Shown: one piece after another, positions 54,726-63,803 of the stretch
Layout of the letters: the number at the start of each line of letters is the position of its first letter
Numbering within the stretch: the stretch's first letter is position 1
From: Eubacteriales bacterium
GTDB lineage: Bacteria; Bacillota; Clostridia; Oscillospirales; CAG-382
Direction: 5' to 3'
Assembly: GCA_045537905.1 (NCBI GenBank)
Contig: JAZSQJ010000045.1
Coordinates: 1 to 63,803, forward strand
DNA: 63,803 nucleotides
Notes under the pieces: generated by a model
The model's database searches: none
What the model saw: the letters and a program-made list of their open reading frames with translations, nothing else
What the model was told of the DNA's origin: nothing
Translations under genes and position numbers: made by a program

Positions 54726-56003
54726 TTAATGGCAATAAAGTGGCTGATCCTTAATCTCGCAAACAAGCTTGCCCTTGATGTAATCCTTGACAATAACGGG
54801 CACAAGGTCCCCTTCCTTATAAAAAGCCTCGCTTTCTATAAACGCCTCGCAAAAATCCGCCGTGTGACCCACAAAACCGCCCTCTGTTGCCTTTTCTATA
54901 AGAACTGTGTCTACTTGCCCTGTCTTTGATAAGTGGGCGTCACGCTCCATTTTTTGGCATTCGGCAAGAAGTCGGTGCATCCTCTCCCGTTTAAGCTCCT
55001 CGGGTATCTGCCCATCCATCTCTGCTGCAGGGGTATGGGGACGTCTGGAGTAGGAAAAGGCGTGTATGTGCATAAAGCCTATAGACTTAAGATAGGCTAT
55101 AGTTTCCTCGAGCTCCTCCTCCGTTTCCGAAGGGAAGGAGCAGATTATATCCGCAGACAGCATTACGCCCGGTATAGCCTCTTTAAGGGCAAGAAGCCGC
55201 CTCTTTGCCTCCTCTGCCTTGTAGGGGCGCCCCATAAGCTTCAGTATACGGTCACAGCCCGATTGCAAGGAGATATGAAAGTGGGGCATAAGCACTTCGG
55301 TGCGTTTTGCCGCCTCTATAAATCCGTCGTTGATAGCGTTAGGGTCAAGGGAGCCAAGACGCAGTCTGCAAAGATCCTCGATGCTTCCTATCCGCTCAAT
55401 CAACCGGGGTAAAGGCAAAAAGTTGTATGCTGCGGTTTCGATACCCGTAAGTATAATCTCTTTACAGCCCCCTGCCACCAGGCGTTTTGCCTCTGCCAGA
55501 ATATCCTCCACAGGACGGGAGCGAACCTTACCCCTTAGGGAGGGAATAATACAGTAGGTGCATTTTCCGTTACAGCCATCCTGTATCTTAACGTAGGCTC
55601 TGGCGGCAGATACGGTACCCAGCTCACTCTGGTCTACGGTAGCAATATCCATCAGCTCAAAGCCTTTTTCCGTAAGCCTGGGAGTCTCGTCAGCCAAGGT
55701 GCTTTTGCCCACACAGCCTACAGCCTTGCTCACAAAGGGCATATTGTTAAGGACACCGCCCTTGGCGGCAACGTAGCAACCGCATACCCTTACGTCTTCA
55801 GCCAGTTTGGAGGCACGGCGTATAAGCTGGGCGCTTTTACGCTCGCTCTCTGCGGTAACGGCACAGGTGTTTACAATGCATATATCACACTTTTCACCAA
55901 AGGGTACCGGCTTGTAGCCCTTTTTTACAAACAGCTCTGCCAAGGCTCTGGATTCGTATTGATTAACTCTGCACCCCAGGGTGCAAAACGCAACCTTTTT
56001 CAT
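54726..56003 (-). CDS. mtaB: tRNA t6A methylthiotransferase (MiaB-like)
   Basis: TLGCRVNQYES, NTCAVT, KIQDGCNGKCTYC, EIILTG. Confidence 0.85.
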   Translation of the reverse strand: MKKVAFCTLGCRVNQYESRALAELFVKKGYKPVPFGEKCDICIVNTCAVTAESERKSAQLIRRASKLAEDVRVCGCYVAAKGGVLNNMPFVSKAVGCVGKSTLADETPRLTEKGFELMDIATVDQSELGTVSAARAYVKIQDGCNGKCTYCIIPSLRGKVRSRPVEDILAEAKRLVAGGCKEIILTGIETAAYNFLPLPRLIERIGSIEDLCRLRLGSLDPNAINDGFIEAAKRTEVLMPHFHISLQSGCDRILKLMGRPYKAEEAKRRLLALKEAIPGVMLSADIICSFPSETEEELEETIAYLKSIGFMHIHAFSYSRRPHTPAAEMDGQIPEELKRERMHRLLAECQKMERDAHLSKTGQVDTVLIEKATEGGFVGHTADFCEAFIESEAFYKEGDLVPVIVKDYIKGKLVCEIKDQPLYCH

Positions 56004-56587
56004 TCAGTAATCTCCGCCATAATCTTTTCAAAATAATCAACACCGCCAAGAGTGTTAAGCGTATCTCTGAAGGCCTTGGGAGTAAGCACTTTGGGCAGTC
56101 CTGCCTTTTTACAAAACAAGGCTCTCAGTGCGGCACTGTTTTCACTGCCCGTCAGTCCTGCCTCGTAAAGCAGGGCAGTGGTAACGGGGATAACCGCCCT
56201 CTCCTCCACGCCTTGGTCATAGGGGGCAAGTATCTGCCTTAAAACCTCGTCGTTCATACCCTCAACCCCTAAAACCCCTGCCTTGGAGGGGGCTTTTTTT
56301 CGTTTTTCGGTGCCTTCCACCGTGGGTGTATACAGGTTTATGATGCTTTCGGGGGAGAGATAGCCCTTCAGCTTGTTTCTGATAAGCATACCGGCGCCGT
56401 CACTGTCCGTCAGCACAAGCAGCTTGCCCTTTTCGGTAATACGCCGTAGAAGCTGTTTTTTATCCGCCGAGTTAAACACGGCAAAGCCGTTGGTGGTAAT
56501 AATCGTACCCTCAGCCACAGCACTTACGCGGTTTTTGTCATAGTTCCCCTCAACAAGCAGGGGGTATTTAAGCTTAATCTTGTTCAT
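56000..56587 (-). CDS. rnmV: Ribonuclease M5-like Toprim/DUF4093 protein
   Basis: VEGNYD, LTDSDGAG..IR, LGVEG. Confidence 0.75.
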   Translation of the reverse strand: MNKIKLKYPLLVEGNYDKNRVSAVAEGTIITTNGFAVFNSADKKQLLRRITEKGKLLVLTDSDGAGMLIRNKLKGYLSPESIINLYTPTVEGTEKRKKAPSKAGVLGVEGMNDEVLRQILAPYDQGVEERAVIPVTTALLYEAGLTGSENSAALRALFCKKAGLPKVLTPKAFRDTLNTLGGVDYFEKIMAEITE

Positions 56588-57614
56588 AGCTTGCCAACTT
56601 CAATAAGAAAAATTCAACGGCACAGGCCGGGTCCGTGCGGTAGCTCTTAAGAGCAAGAGCACACTCGTTACACTTCGTTGCCGCATACTCAAGGTATTTG
56701 TAATCCACCTTGCGGACGAAGGGAGCGTAATTCTTAACCGCCCAATCAAAGGTTTTTAAGGTCTTTGCAATCTCCTGTATGCTTTTACCGCCCTCAAGAC
56801 CTGCCTTAACCACGGTCATATCCGTAATACAGGAGGAAAGCATATTGATAACCATAAAGGGCGATGCACCGTTTTTTATAAGATTGTTGTAAATATCGTG
56901 TACCTGCTTGGTGTTTCTGGCTGTGAGAGCCTTCGTAAGGTCAAAAATGCGGTAGCTTTCGTTAGCACAGCAAACCGTCTCAATATCGTCCTTCTTAACC
57001 TCTCGTCCCTTGCAGTAGGCAATAAGCTTTGCCGCCTCGCCGTGGAGGGTGTACATATCCTCGCCGCACAGGGCAATCATATGGTCAATAGCATCACTGC
57101 CTATAGGTGTGCCTGCCGCCTCAAAATGGCGGTAAACCCATTTTTTCAGCTTAAGCCCAGTCTGGGTTTCAAAGCTCACTACAAGACCGTTCTTTTCCAA
57201 AAAAGCAAGAAGAGCACTGACAGGTGCCTTTTCCTTTTTTGCAATAAGCTTCTGGCTAAGCTCGTTACTTCTGGCAAGGATAAGGATATTGGCATACTCG
57301 GGCATATTATCTATAATATCACAAAGCTCCGTAACAACAGCCTCGTTCAGCTTGGCCAGGTCTACCTCGCTGATAAAAATCAGCTTGTAGTCGGACATAT
57401 AAGGAAAATCCTCCAAGGCGGTTGCAACGGCGTGGGTAGTAAACGCCTTGCCGCTGTACATAAGCAGATTAAACTCAGGCACAGGACCTGCTTCCACCCG
57501 CTTAAAAAACTGCTTTACGTAGTGGTCCTTCGTATACTCCTCATCACCGCAAAGTAAATAGCATTTGCCTGACTTACCCTGCTTTAAGTCCTGCTTCAAA
57601 ATATCTTCGTTCAA
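56574..57614 (-). CDS. holA: DNA polymerase III delta subunit
   Basis: YLLCGDEEY, E..KL..Y, IFDL; directly downstream of comEC. Confidence 0.85.
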   Translation of the reverse strand: MNEDILKQDLKQGKSGKCYLLCGDEEYTKDHYVKQFFKRVEAGPVPEFNLLMYSGKAFTTHAVATALEDFPYMSDYKLIFISEVDLAKLNEAVVTELCDIIDNMPEYANILILARSNELSQKLIAKKEKAPVSALLAFLEKNGLVVSFETQTGLKLKKWVYRHFEAAGTPIGSDAIDHMIALCGEDMYTLHGEAAKLIAYCKGREVKKDDIETVCCANESYRIFDLTKALTARNTKQVHDIYNNLIKNGASPFMVINMLSSCITDMTVVKAGLEGGKSIQEIAKTLKTFDWAVKNYAPFVRKVDYKYLEYAATKCNECALALKSYRTDPACAVEFFLLKLASYEQD

Positions 57615-57618
57615 CTTC

Positions 57619-59775
57619 TTACTCCTTTATAACGCCCAAGCGTCCAAACCGAAACAGCGCATCGCCCGTATAGGCAATAGCCTGTCCTCCGTTTTCTGCA
57701 ATCAAATCCTTATATAAATCATATCCGCTATGGTAAATATACACCTTTTCGTAGCTGTAGTCAACAATCTGGTGCAAAATACCGCTATCCACACAGGCGT
57801 TGCTGAGGACAAGGGCATCGCAGTGCGCAAAATCAAGGTCGTATAAATACCTTACGGAGCCCAGCACTCCAACTGTTTTACCATGTTTTGTCGCCTTAAT
57901 CATATAGGAGCCTGCACCGTATTCGCTATCAGCAGTCTGCACCTCAAGAGCTCCGATTTTTAAGCTGTTACCCTTATACCGCAAGACACTACAGCCGTAT
58001 TCCAGGGCAACGTTAACAACCTCCTCGGTATATTCGTTTTCCTCGTGGGGAACGAAAACAGTATGAACTGGCGTATAGGGGAGGGTATCGGACAGCCTGG
58101 GGACAGTGCTTTCGGTACAGGCGGTAACGATATATACGTCAAGGTAGCTGTGTCCTCGCTCCAGCACAGCCTCCGCAACCCCAAGCTTTCCGCCGCCGTC
58201 TACAAGGACGGTCATATTCTCGTCAGCGTAAAAGCTGAAGCAGCTGGTAGTACCGTCGTCAACGTAGAAGCAAGCGTTGTTCTTATACTCTTGCTTTTGC
58301 AAAACCAGGCACCCGACGGAAATCAATATAACGGACAAGGCACAGGAGGAAATCAACAGCACCCCACGCTTAGGACGGTATGCCGCAAAAGCCATCACAG
58401 CAATAAAGGAAGGCACAAACAACAGCCTGATATAAGGAACGTATACGGATATACAGGCAAAGCGTAAATCCGCCATAAAAGCACTGACGGCGTAAATAGC
58501 CTTATAAATCAAATCGGCGATAACGGCAACAGGCTTTATCAAAAAAGCCAGGGGCAATAGGACGATTCCGCCCACCATAGCAAGGTTTACCAAAAGATTA
58601 ACGGCTATATTGGAAACGGGCGCAACCAAGGATACGTAATCAAAGCGGGAAAGCATAACGGGGGTGCAAAACAGGGTAGCGGCAACGCTCATTATAGCGG
58701 GGTCAACCAGTAGCCGTAAGGGCTTTGGCAGCTTGCGGGCGGCGTAAAAGTTATTGATATTGCGGAGCGTAAACAGAATACCGAGAGACGCCAAAAAGGA
58801 AAGCTGTAGACTGACGCTCAAAATAGCATAGGGGTTAAACAAAAGCAAAACCGCAAGCACTACTGACAGGTTTATAATAGGGTCGCTTCTGTCATTGATA
58901 AGCTCAGCGGCAAAAACGGCACAGCACATAAAGGCGGCACGGATTATGGAGGGGGTTGCCCCTGCAAACACCGCATAAGCTATTGCCAGCAGTATGGTAA
59001 TTACGTTACAAAGCTTTTTTCTTTTCAACAGCCTCATAAGTAAAAGGTATACACTGTAAATAATAATGGAAAAATGCTGACCGGATATAGCCAGAATGTG
59101 GCTAAGCCCCGAGCGTGAAAACGCCGCCTCCAGCTTGGTACTAAGTCCACTGCGGTCACCCGTAAGCAAGGCCTTGTAAAAGCTGCCCGTTTCCTTTCCA
59201 AAGGCACGCTCAATCAAAGCTCCAACGCTTTTTCTCAGACTAAGCACCTTAAAGTAAAAGCCTTCTGCCGCCTTCCCCTCAAGCCTCTCATAGCTGCCCG
59301 TTGCAATATAGCTAACTCCCCTTGACCTGTGATAGCTGTCACCTGCACGCAGCTTAACGCTAAGCCTGATAAGGTCTCCCGTCTCAGGAGCCTCACCGTA
59401 TAAATACATAGCAAAAAGCTCTCCGTCAAAGGGCAAGCTGCTGTCCTGTACCTCTGCTTCCATATAGGTGTAGGAGCTTTTAACACTAAGCTCCCTTACC
59501 GCACCTACAAAGCTGTACTCGGCGTCACCGTCGGGCACATCGGGCGTGCTAAGCAGGGCAAAGACCTTGGAATACCCGTACCCAATAGCCAAAAACAAAG
59601 CGGTAAGAACAATTATAACGGCAACTCTTTTTCTTAAGCACTTGTAAAACTCAAAGGCAAGGCAAAAGAAAACAAGTATAACTATAAGTGCAAGTCTGAC
59701 TGTAAAAAACAGGCCTGCCGCAGTGCCTGCTGAAAAAACCAGACAAAGAAAAGCGGCAGGTCTGTTCTTCAACAT
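57619..59775 (-). CDS. comEC: ComEC/Rec2 competence channel with a degenerate metallo-beta-lactamase domain
   Basis: ALLTGDR, GLSHILAISGQH, PSIIRA, LQLSF; no HxHxDH motif in the C-terminal domain. Confidence 0.85.
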   Translation of the reverse strand: MLKNRPAAFLCLVFSAGTAAGLFFTVRLALIVILVFFCLAFEFYKCLRKRVAVIIVLTALFLAIGYGYSKVFALLSTPDVPDGDAEYSFVGAVRELSVKSSYTYMEAEVQDSSLPFDGELFAMYLYGEAPETGDLIRLSVKLRAGDSYHRSRGVSYIATGSYERLEGKAAEGFYFKVLSLRKSVGALIERAFGKETGSFYKALLTGDRSGLSTKLEAAFSRSGLSHILAISGQHFSIIIYSVYLLLMRLLKRKKLCNVITILLAIAYAVFAGATPSIIRAAFMCCAVFAAELINDRSDPIINLSVVLAVLLLFNPYAILSVSLQLSFLASLGILFTLRNINNFYAARKLPKPLRLLVDPAIMSVAATLFCTPVMLSRFDYVSLVAPVSNIAVNLLVNLAMVGGIVLLPLAFLIKPVAVIADLIYKAIYAVSAFMADLRFACISVYVPYIRLLFVPSFIAVMAFAAYRPKRGVLLISSCALSVILISVGCLVLQKQEYKNNACFYVDDGTTSCFSFYADENMTVLVDGGGKLGVAEAVLERGHSYLDVYIVTACTESTVPRLSDTLPYTPVHTVFVPHEENEYTEEVVNVALEYGCSVLRYKGNSLKIGALEVQTADSEYGAGSYMIKATKHGKTVGVLGSVRYLYDLDFAHCDALVLSNACVDSGILHQIVDYSYEKVYIYHSGYDLYKDLIAENGGQAIAYTGDALFRFGRLGVIKE

Positions 59776-59800
59776 CCTGTATTTCCTTTATAAAAACAGA

Positions 59801-60139
59801 TTAAAGTACGTTTTCGCTCAGCTTTTTACCGCCAAGGATATGAAAGTGGAGGTGCTTAACGGTTTGTCCACCCTCGTCGCCGCAGTTGGAAATAAGGCGG
59901 TAGCCTTTATCCAGACCTAAGGAAGCGGTAATAGCGGGAAGCTTCTCAAAAATATGGGTAACGTAAGGAAGATTTTCGGCATTAACCTCGTCAAGAGAGC
60001 CGATGTGTACCTTGGGTATCATCAAAACGTGAACAGGTGCCTGAGGATTGATGTCCTTAAAGGCAAGCATCATATCGTCCTCATAAACCTTGGAGGAGGG
60101 AATAGTACCCTCAGCTATTTTACAAAAAAGGCAATCCAT
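59801..60139 (-). CDS. HIT (histidine triad) nucleotide-binding protein
   Basis: DCLFCKI, DINPQAPVH, GQTVKHLHFHILGG. Confidence 0.95.
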   Translation of the reverse strand: MDCLFCKIAEGTIPSSKVYEDDMMLAFKDINPQAPVHVLMIPKVHIGSLDEVNAENLPYVTHIFEKLPAITASLGLDKGYRLISNCGDEGGQTVKHLHFHILGGKKLSENVL

Positions 60140-60158
60140 AAAGCAAACTCCTTTTTCC

Positions 60159-62798
60159 TTATTTAATCTGCGCTTCAAGAACAGCGTTGATAGCCGCAAT
60201 AGCCTCTGCCAGCTTGGTAGCATCCTTGCCGCCGCTGGTAGCGTTATCGGGTCTGCCGCCGCCACCGCCGCCACAGATGGGGGAGATGTTCTTGAGTATC
60301 ATACCTGCATGAGCGCCCTTAGCTACAGCCTCTTTGCCACAGCCTGCCACGAAGGAAACCTTACCGCCTACAGCAGAAGCAAATACGCAAACCGCTGTGG
60401 GCTCCTTTTCCTTAACGGTATCGGAAGCGGCACGGAGAGCATCACCGGGAACACCCTCAAAGGTAGCGGTAATAAGCTTAACGCCCTTAATATCTATAGC
60501 CTTGGCACAAGCCTCGTCAACCTTAGCCAACGCCGCCTTCTGGTTAAGTGCATCCAGCTCCTTCTTAAGAGCCTTAGCCTCACCTACGAGACTTTCAGCC
60601 TTATGAACCAGCTCGCCCTTGTTAGCAGCCTTGGTTGCGGCAACAACCTGCTCAATAAGAGCCTGCTCCTGCTTCATCTGGATAAGCACGTTAAGACCTG
60701 TAATACCTTCAATTCTTCTTACGCCTGCGGCAACAGAGCTTTCGGTAAGAATACTGAAAAGACCTGCCTTAGCGGTATTGTCAAGGTGAGTGCCGCCGCA
60801 AAGCTCGGTAGAGAAGTCACCCATCTTAACAACACGAACAACGTCGCCGTACTTTTCGCCAAACAAAGCCATAGCACCCATAGCCTTAGCCTCGTCAATA
60901 GGCATTTCCTTACAAAGTACAGCCTCGCCCTTAAGAATTTCCTCGTTAACAAGGCGTTCAACCTCAGCCAGCTCCTCAGCAGTAAGGGCAGAGAAGTGGG
61001 TAAAGTCAAATCTTACTCTGTATTCGTCAACGTAAGAGCCTGCCTGCTCAATGTGAGTACCAAGCACCTTACGGAGCGCCGCCTGCAAAAGGTGTGCGGC
61101 AGAGTGGTTTCTGGCAATAGCGGCACGTCTGTCAGCACAAACTACAGCCTTGGCGCCGCCAAGAGCAACGGTGCCCTCGCTAAGCTCACCCATATGGAGG
61201 TACTGACCGTCTGCGGTCTTTTTGGTATCCTCAACCTTAAAACAGCCGCTTTCAGTCTTGATAACGCCCTTGTCGCCAACCTGTCCGCCGGACTCGGCAT
61301 AGAAGGGAGTTCTGTCAAGAACAAGTATAGCCTTGCCGCCGCTTATCTCGGCAACAGCCTCGTTGTCCTTGATGATATATTTAATCTGTACGTCGCCCTC
61401 GGTAGAGCCGTAACCGATAAACTCGGTCTTAACGGTCTTGTCGATAATCTCGCCCAGGTCAACGCCGCCGCCCATATAATCGGTAGCAAAGCTACGGGCG
61501 GCACGGGCTCTCTCCTTCTGCTGCTTCATCAAAGCCGCAAAGCCTTCCTCGTCAACGGATATGCCCTTTTCGGCGCTTATCTCGCGGGTAAGGTCAAGGG
61601 GGAAGCCAAAGGTGTCGTTAAGCTTAAAGGCGTCCTCGCCGCTGATTTTGTTGGAGCCGTCAGCAACAGCGGCGTCCATAAGCTTTTCAAGTATATTAAG
61701 ACCTGCGTCGATAGTCTGTGCAAAGCGTTCTTCTTCGATAAGTATAGCCTTCTTTATATAATCACGCTTCTCAACCAGCTCGGGATAACCGCTCTTGCTT
61801 TCCTCAATAACGGTATCAGCCAGGTCAGAGAGGAAAAGACCCTTGATATTAAGCAGTCTGCCGTGTCTTGCCGCCCTGCGAAGCAAACGGCGAAGAACGT
61901 AGCCGCGACCCACGTTAGAGGGGATAACGCCGTCACTGATAAGGAAAACGGTGCTTCTGATGTGGTCGGTAATAACACGGAGAGAAATGTCCTTGTTACT
62001 GCTGCCTGCATCGTAGCTAACGCCTGCCATATCGCAAACACGCATCATAACCTTGCGGATGGTGTCAACCTCAAACAGGTTGTTAACGTCCTGCATAATG
62101 CAAGCAAGTCTTTCAAGACCCATACCCGTATCAATGTTGGGGTTTTCAAGTCTTTCGTAGTTGCCGTTGCCGTCACCGTCAAACTGGGTGAAAACTATGT
62201 TCCAAATCTCAAGAAAACGGTCACAGTCACAGCCGGGCTTACAGTCGGGACTGCCACAGCCGTACTTTTCACCACGGTCAAAATAAATCTCGGAGCAAGG
62301 ACCGCAAGGACCTGCGCCTATCTCCCAGAAGTTGTCCTCCTTACCCATCTTATAGATGCGTTCAGCAGGCACGCCGATAGAAAGCCAAATATCTCTGGCT
62401 TCATCGTCGTCAAGATATACGGAAACGGAAAGTCTTTCCTCCGGTATCTCAAGAGTTTTAGTCAAAAACTCCCAAGCCCACGGAATAGCCTCTGCCTTAA
62501 AGTAGTCACCAAAGGAGAAGTTGCCCAGCATTTCAAAGAAGGTGCCGTGTCTGGCAGTAATACCAACCCTCTCGATATCGGGGGTACGGATACACTTCTG
62601 GCAGGTGGTAACACGCTTACGGGGAGGAATCTGTGTGCCTGTAAAGTAAGGCTTAAGAGGTGCCATACCTGCATTTATAAGCAAAAGAGATTTATCGTTC
62701 TGGGGAACAAGGGGGAAGGAATTAAGACGCAAATGTCCCTTACTTTCAAAAAAAGCAAGGTATTTTTCTCTAAGTACATTAAGGGATTCGTTTTTCAT
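60159..62798 (-). CDS. alaS: Alanine--tRNA ligase
   Basis: NAGMAPLK, FFEMLGNFSFGDYFK, DTGMGLER, NHSAAH, ELCGGTH, GGGGGGRP. Confidence 0.98.
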   Translation of the reverse strand: MKNESLNVLREKYLAFFESKGHLRLNSFPLVPQNDKSLLLINAGMAPLKPYFTGTQIPPRKRVTTCQKCIRTPDIERVGITARHGTFFEMLGNFSFGDYFKAEAIPWAWEFLTKTLEIPEERLSVSVYLDDDEARDIWLSIGVPAERIYKMGKEDNFWEIGAGPCGPCSEIYFDRGEKYGCGSPDCKPGCDCDRFLEIWNIVFTQFDGDGNGNYERLENPNIDTGMGLERLACIMQDVNNLFEVDTIRKVMMRVCDMAGVSYDAGSSNKDISLRVITDHIRSTVFLISDGVIPSNVGRGYVLRRLLRRAARHGRLLNIKGLFLSDLADTVIEESKSGYPELVEKRDYIKKAILIEEERFAQTIDAGLNILEKLMDAAVADGSNKISGEDAFKLNDTFGFPLDLTREISAEKGISVDEEGFAALMKQQKERARAARSFATDYMGGGVDLGEIIDKTVKTEFIGYGSTEGDVQIKYIIKDNEAVAEISGGKAILVLDRTPFYAESGGQVGDKGVIKTESGCFKVEDTKKTADGQYLHMGELSEGTVALGGAKAVVCADRRAAIARNHSAAHLLQAALRKVLGTHIEQAGSYVDEYRVRFDFTHFSALTAEELAEVERLVNEEILKGEAVLCKEMPIDEAKAMGAMALFGEKYGDVVRVVKMGDFSTELCGGTHLDNTAKAGLFSILTESSVAAGVRRIEGITGLNVLIQMKQEQALIEQVVAATKAANKGELVHKAESLVGEAKALKKELDALNQKAALAKVDEACAKAIDIKGVKLITATFEGVPGDALRAASDTVKEKEPTAVCVFASAVGGKVSFVAGCGKEAVAKGAHAGMILKNISPICGGGGGGRPDNATSGGKDATKLAEAIAAINAVLEAQIK

Positions 62799-62987
62799 AA
62801 TATTATACCTCACGAACATAAAACTACAAGATATTATTTTACACTTCAAAGCTCTTTTTGTCAATAGCTACGGGGCATTTTAAGGTAAACAAAGTAACAA
62901 CGGTTGACATTTTTTTAAGTTTGTGCTAATGTGAGAGTAAACGAAAAAGACTCCCGCAGAAGGGGGCGGACACAGGAGGGTAAAGGA

Positions 62988-63680
62988 ATGGCTCGTTGTA
63001 TTATGGCTATAGGCGGACATATAGGTGATATGGAGCTTACCGCAGGGGGCGTGCTGGCAACGGCGGCACTGGAGGGAGCTAAGATAATAACGGTTGCTCT
63101 TACCGCAGGTGAAAGAGGCAACCCACCCCACCTAAGCGTTGGGGAGTACCGCAAGCAAAAGGAGTCGGAGGCTAAGGCTTTTGCGGAAAAGCTGGGGGGA
63201 GAGTCGGTTGTTTTCCCCTATATAGACGGTGAGCTGCCGGAAAACGATGAGGTAGCCTTTATGCTTTGCGACGTTATCCGTAGGTATAAGCCTGATATCC
63301 TTATAACCCATTGGAAAAACAGTATGCACAAGGACCATATGGCAACCCACAATATAGTTAAAAAGGCCCAGTTTTATGCAGGACTTAAGTCTATCGAGCG
63401 TGAGCTGCCGGGTCACTATGCCGACGGCCCCTATTATGCGGAAAACTGGGAGGATGCAGCAGACTTTGTGCCCTACGTCTACGCTGAGGTTAGCGAGGAA
63501 GGCTATAAGCTGTGGGAGGAAGCGATAAATACACAGTGGTTTGCCCTTAACAGTACTTCCTTTAAGTATAAGGAATATTATTCCCATCTTAAACGTGTCC
63601 GCGGTATGTACGCACGTAAGCAGTACGCAGAGGCTTTTGAGATAGAGCAGTATAAGAAATATACGGTTAGAAAGTTCTAG
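62988..63680 (+). CDS. PIG-L family deacetylase
   Basis: HIGDMEL.AGG, LTAGERG, PDILITH and HKDH motifs; YAEAF. Confidence 0.85.
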   Translation: MARCIMAIGGHIGDMELTAGGVLATAALEGAKIITVALTAGERGNPPHLSVGEYRKQKESEAKAFAEKLGGESVVFPYIDGELPENDEVAFMLCDVIRRYKPDILITHWKNSMHKDHMATHNIVKKAQFYAGLKSIERELPGHYADGPYYAENWEDAADFVPYVYAEVSEEGYKLWEEAINTQWFALNSTSFKYKEYYSHLKRVRGMYARKQYAEAFEIEQYKKYTVRKF

Positions 63681-63685
63681 TATAA

Positions 63686-63726
63686 GGGCTGTCTTAAATG
63701 CTCAATTCTTGCATTTGAGACAGCCC
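63686..63726. terminator. Hairpin, probable bidirectional terminator
   Basis: GGGCTGTCTTAAATGC...GCATTTGAGACAGCCC. Confidence 0.65.
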
Positions 63727-63729
63727 CGA

Positions 63730-63803
63730 CTAAGTTTGCCCCGATGGGGGCAAGTGAAGTTTACTTCGTAAGTGAAGTTGCCCTGCGGGCAGTGAAGTTT
63801 TGC
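63730..63803 (-). repeat. Second AACTTCACT/mini-hairpin array, truncated by the window end
   Basis: AGTGAAGTT at 63753, 63771 and 63791; minus-strand spacers GCCCGCAGGGC and TACGAAGTA; ends TGCCCCC..GGGGCAAACTTAGT. Confidence 0.85.

Noticed and set aside
46403-62798. Alternative genetic code or recoding
   Set aside because: Conserved proteins (PolA, AlaS, RpsT) translate normally under code 11; no in-frame stops or frameshifts were seen
60090-62867. 925-aa antisense ORF opposite alaS (similar long antisense ORFs at 1028-2758, 12645-14090, 47345-48949)
   Set aside because: Shadow frames of codon-biased genes, with no recognisable motifs or RBS; the opposite strand encodes clear proteins
62799-62930. 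T-box leader upstream of alaS
   Set aside because: No T-box consensus and insufficient space before the divergent promoter

Overview
Chromosomal segment from a Clostridia-like (Firmicutes) anaerobe, inferred from spoIIE, dockerins and sigmaA promoters. About 50 CDSs. Housekeeping genes: polA, alaS, holA, ftsK, ung, dapF, rpsT, rsmI, mtaB, rnmV-like, comEC, uppP. Other content: transporters; queT with a preQ1-I riboswitch; a three-gene HydABC-type (Bfu-family, NfnABC/Stn-like) flavin/Fe-S complex without an H-cluster; a GtrA + FAD oxidoreductase + GT-C glycosylation cluster; a VTC/DUF4956/DUF4353 operon; a WYL regulator; a LytTR pair; and modular secreted proteins, two with dockerins. No rRNA, tRNA, CRISPR array, integrase or transposase was recognised. 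The strongest unexplained signals are non-coding. (i) A family of ~200-225-nt elements (1-226, 51636-51836, 54418-54641, plus a partial tandem copy) shares a three-way-junction fold with covarying stems although most of the primary sequence differs. (ii) Arrays of AACTTCACT units are separated by mini-hairpins and abut a terminator (31.2 kb and 63.8 kb). (iii) An identical 17-bp promoter motif is shared by the gene upstream of the WYL regulator and an orphan excisionase-like HTH gene 9 kb away. (iv) A ~240-nt multi-stem ncRNA candidate lies at 2932-3170. All family assignments come from motif recognition by eye; no searches or folding programs were run.
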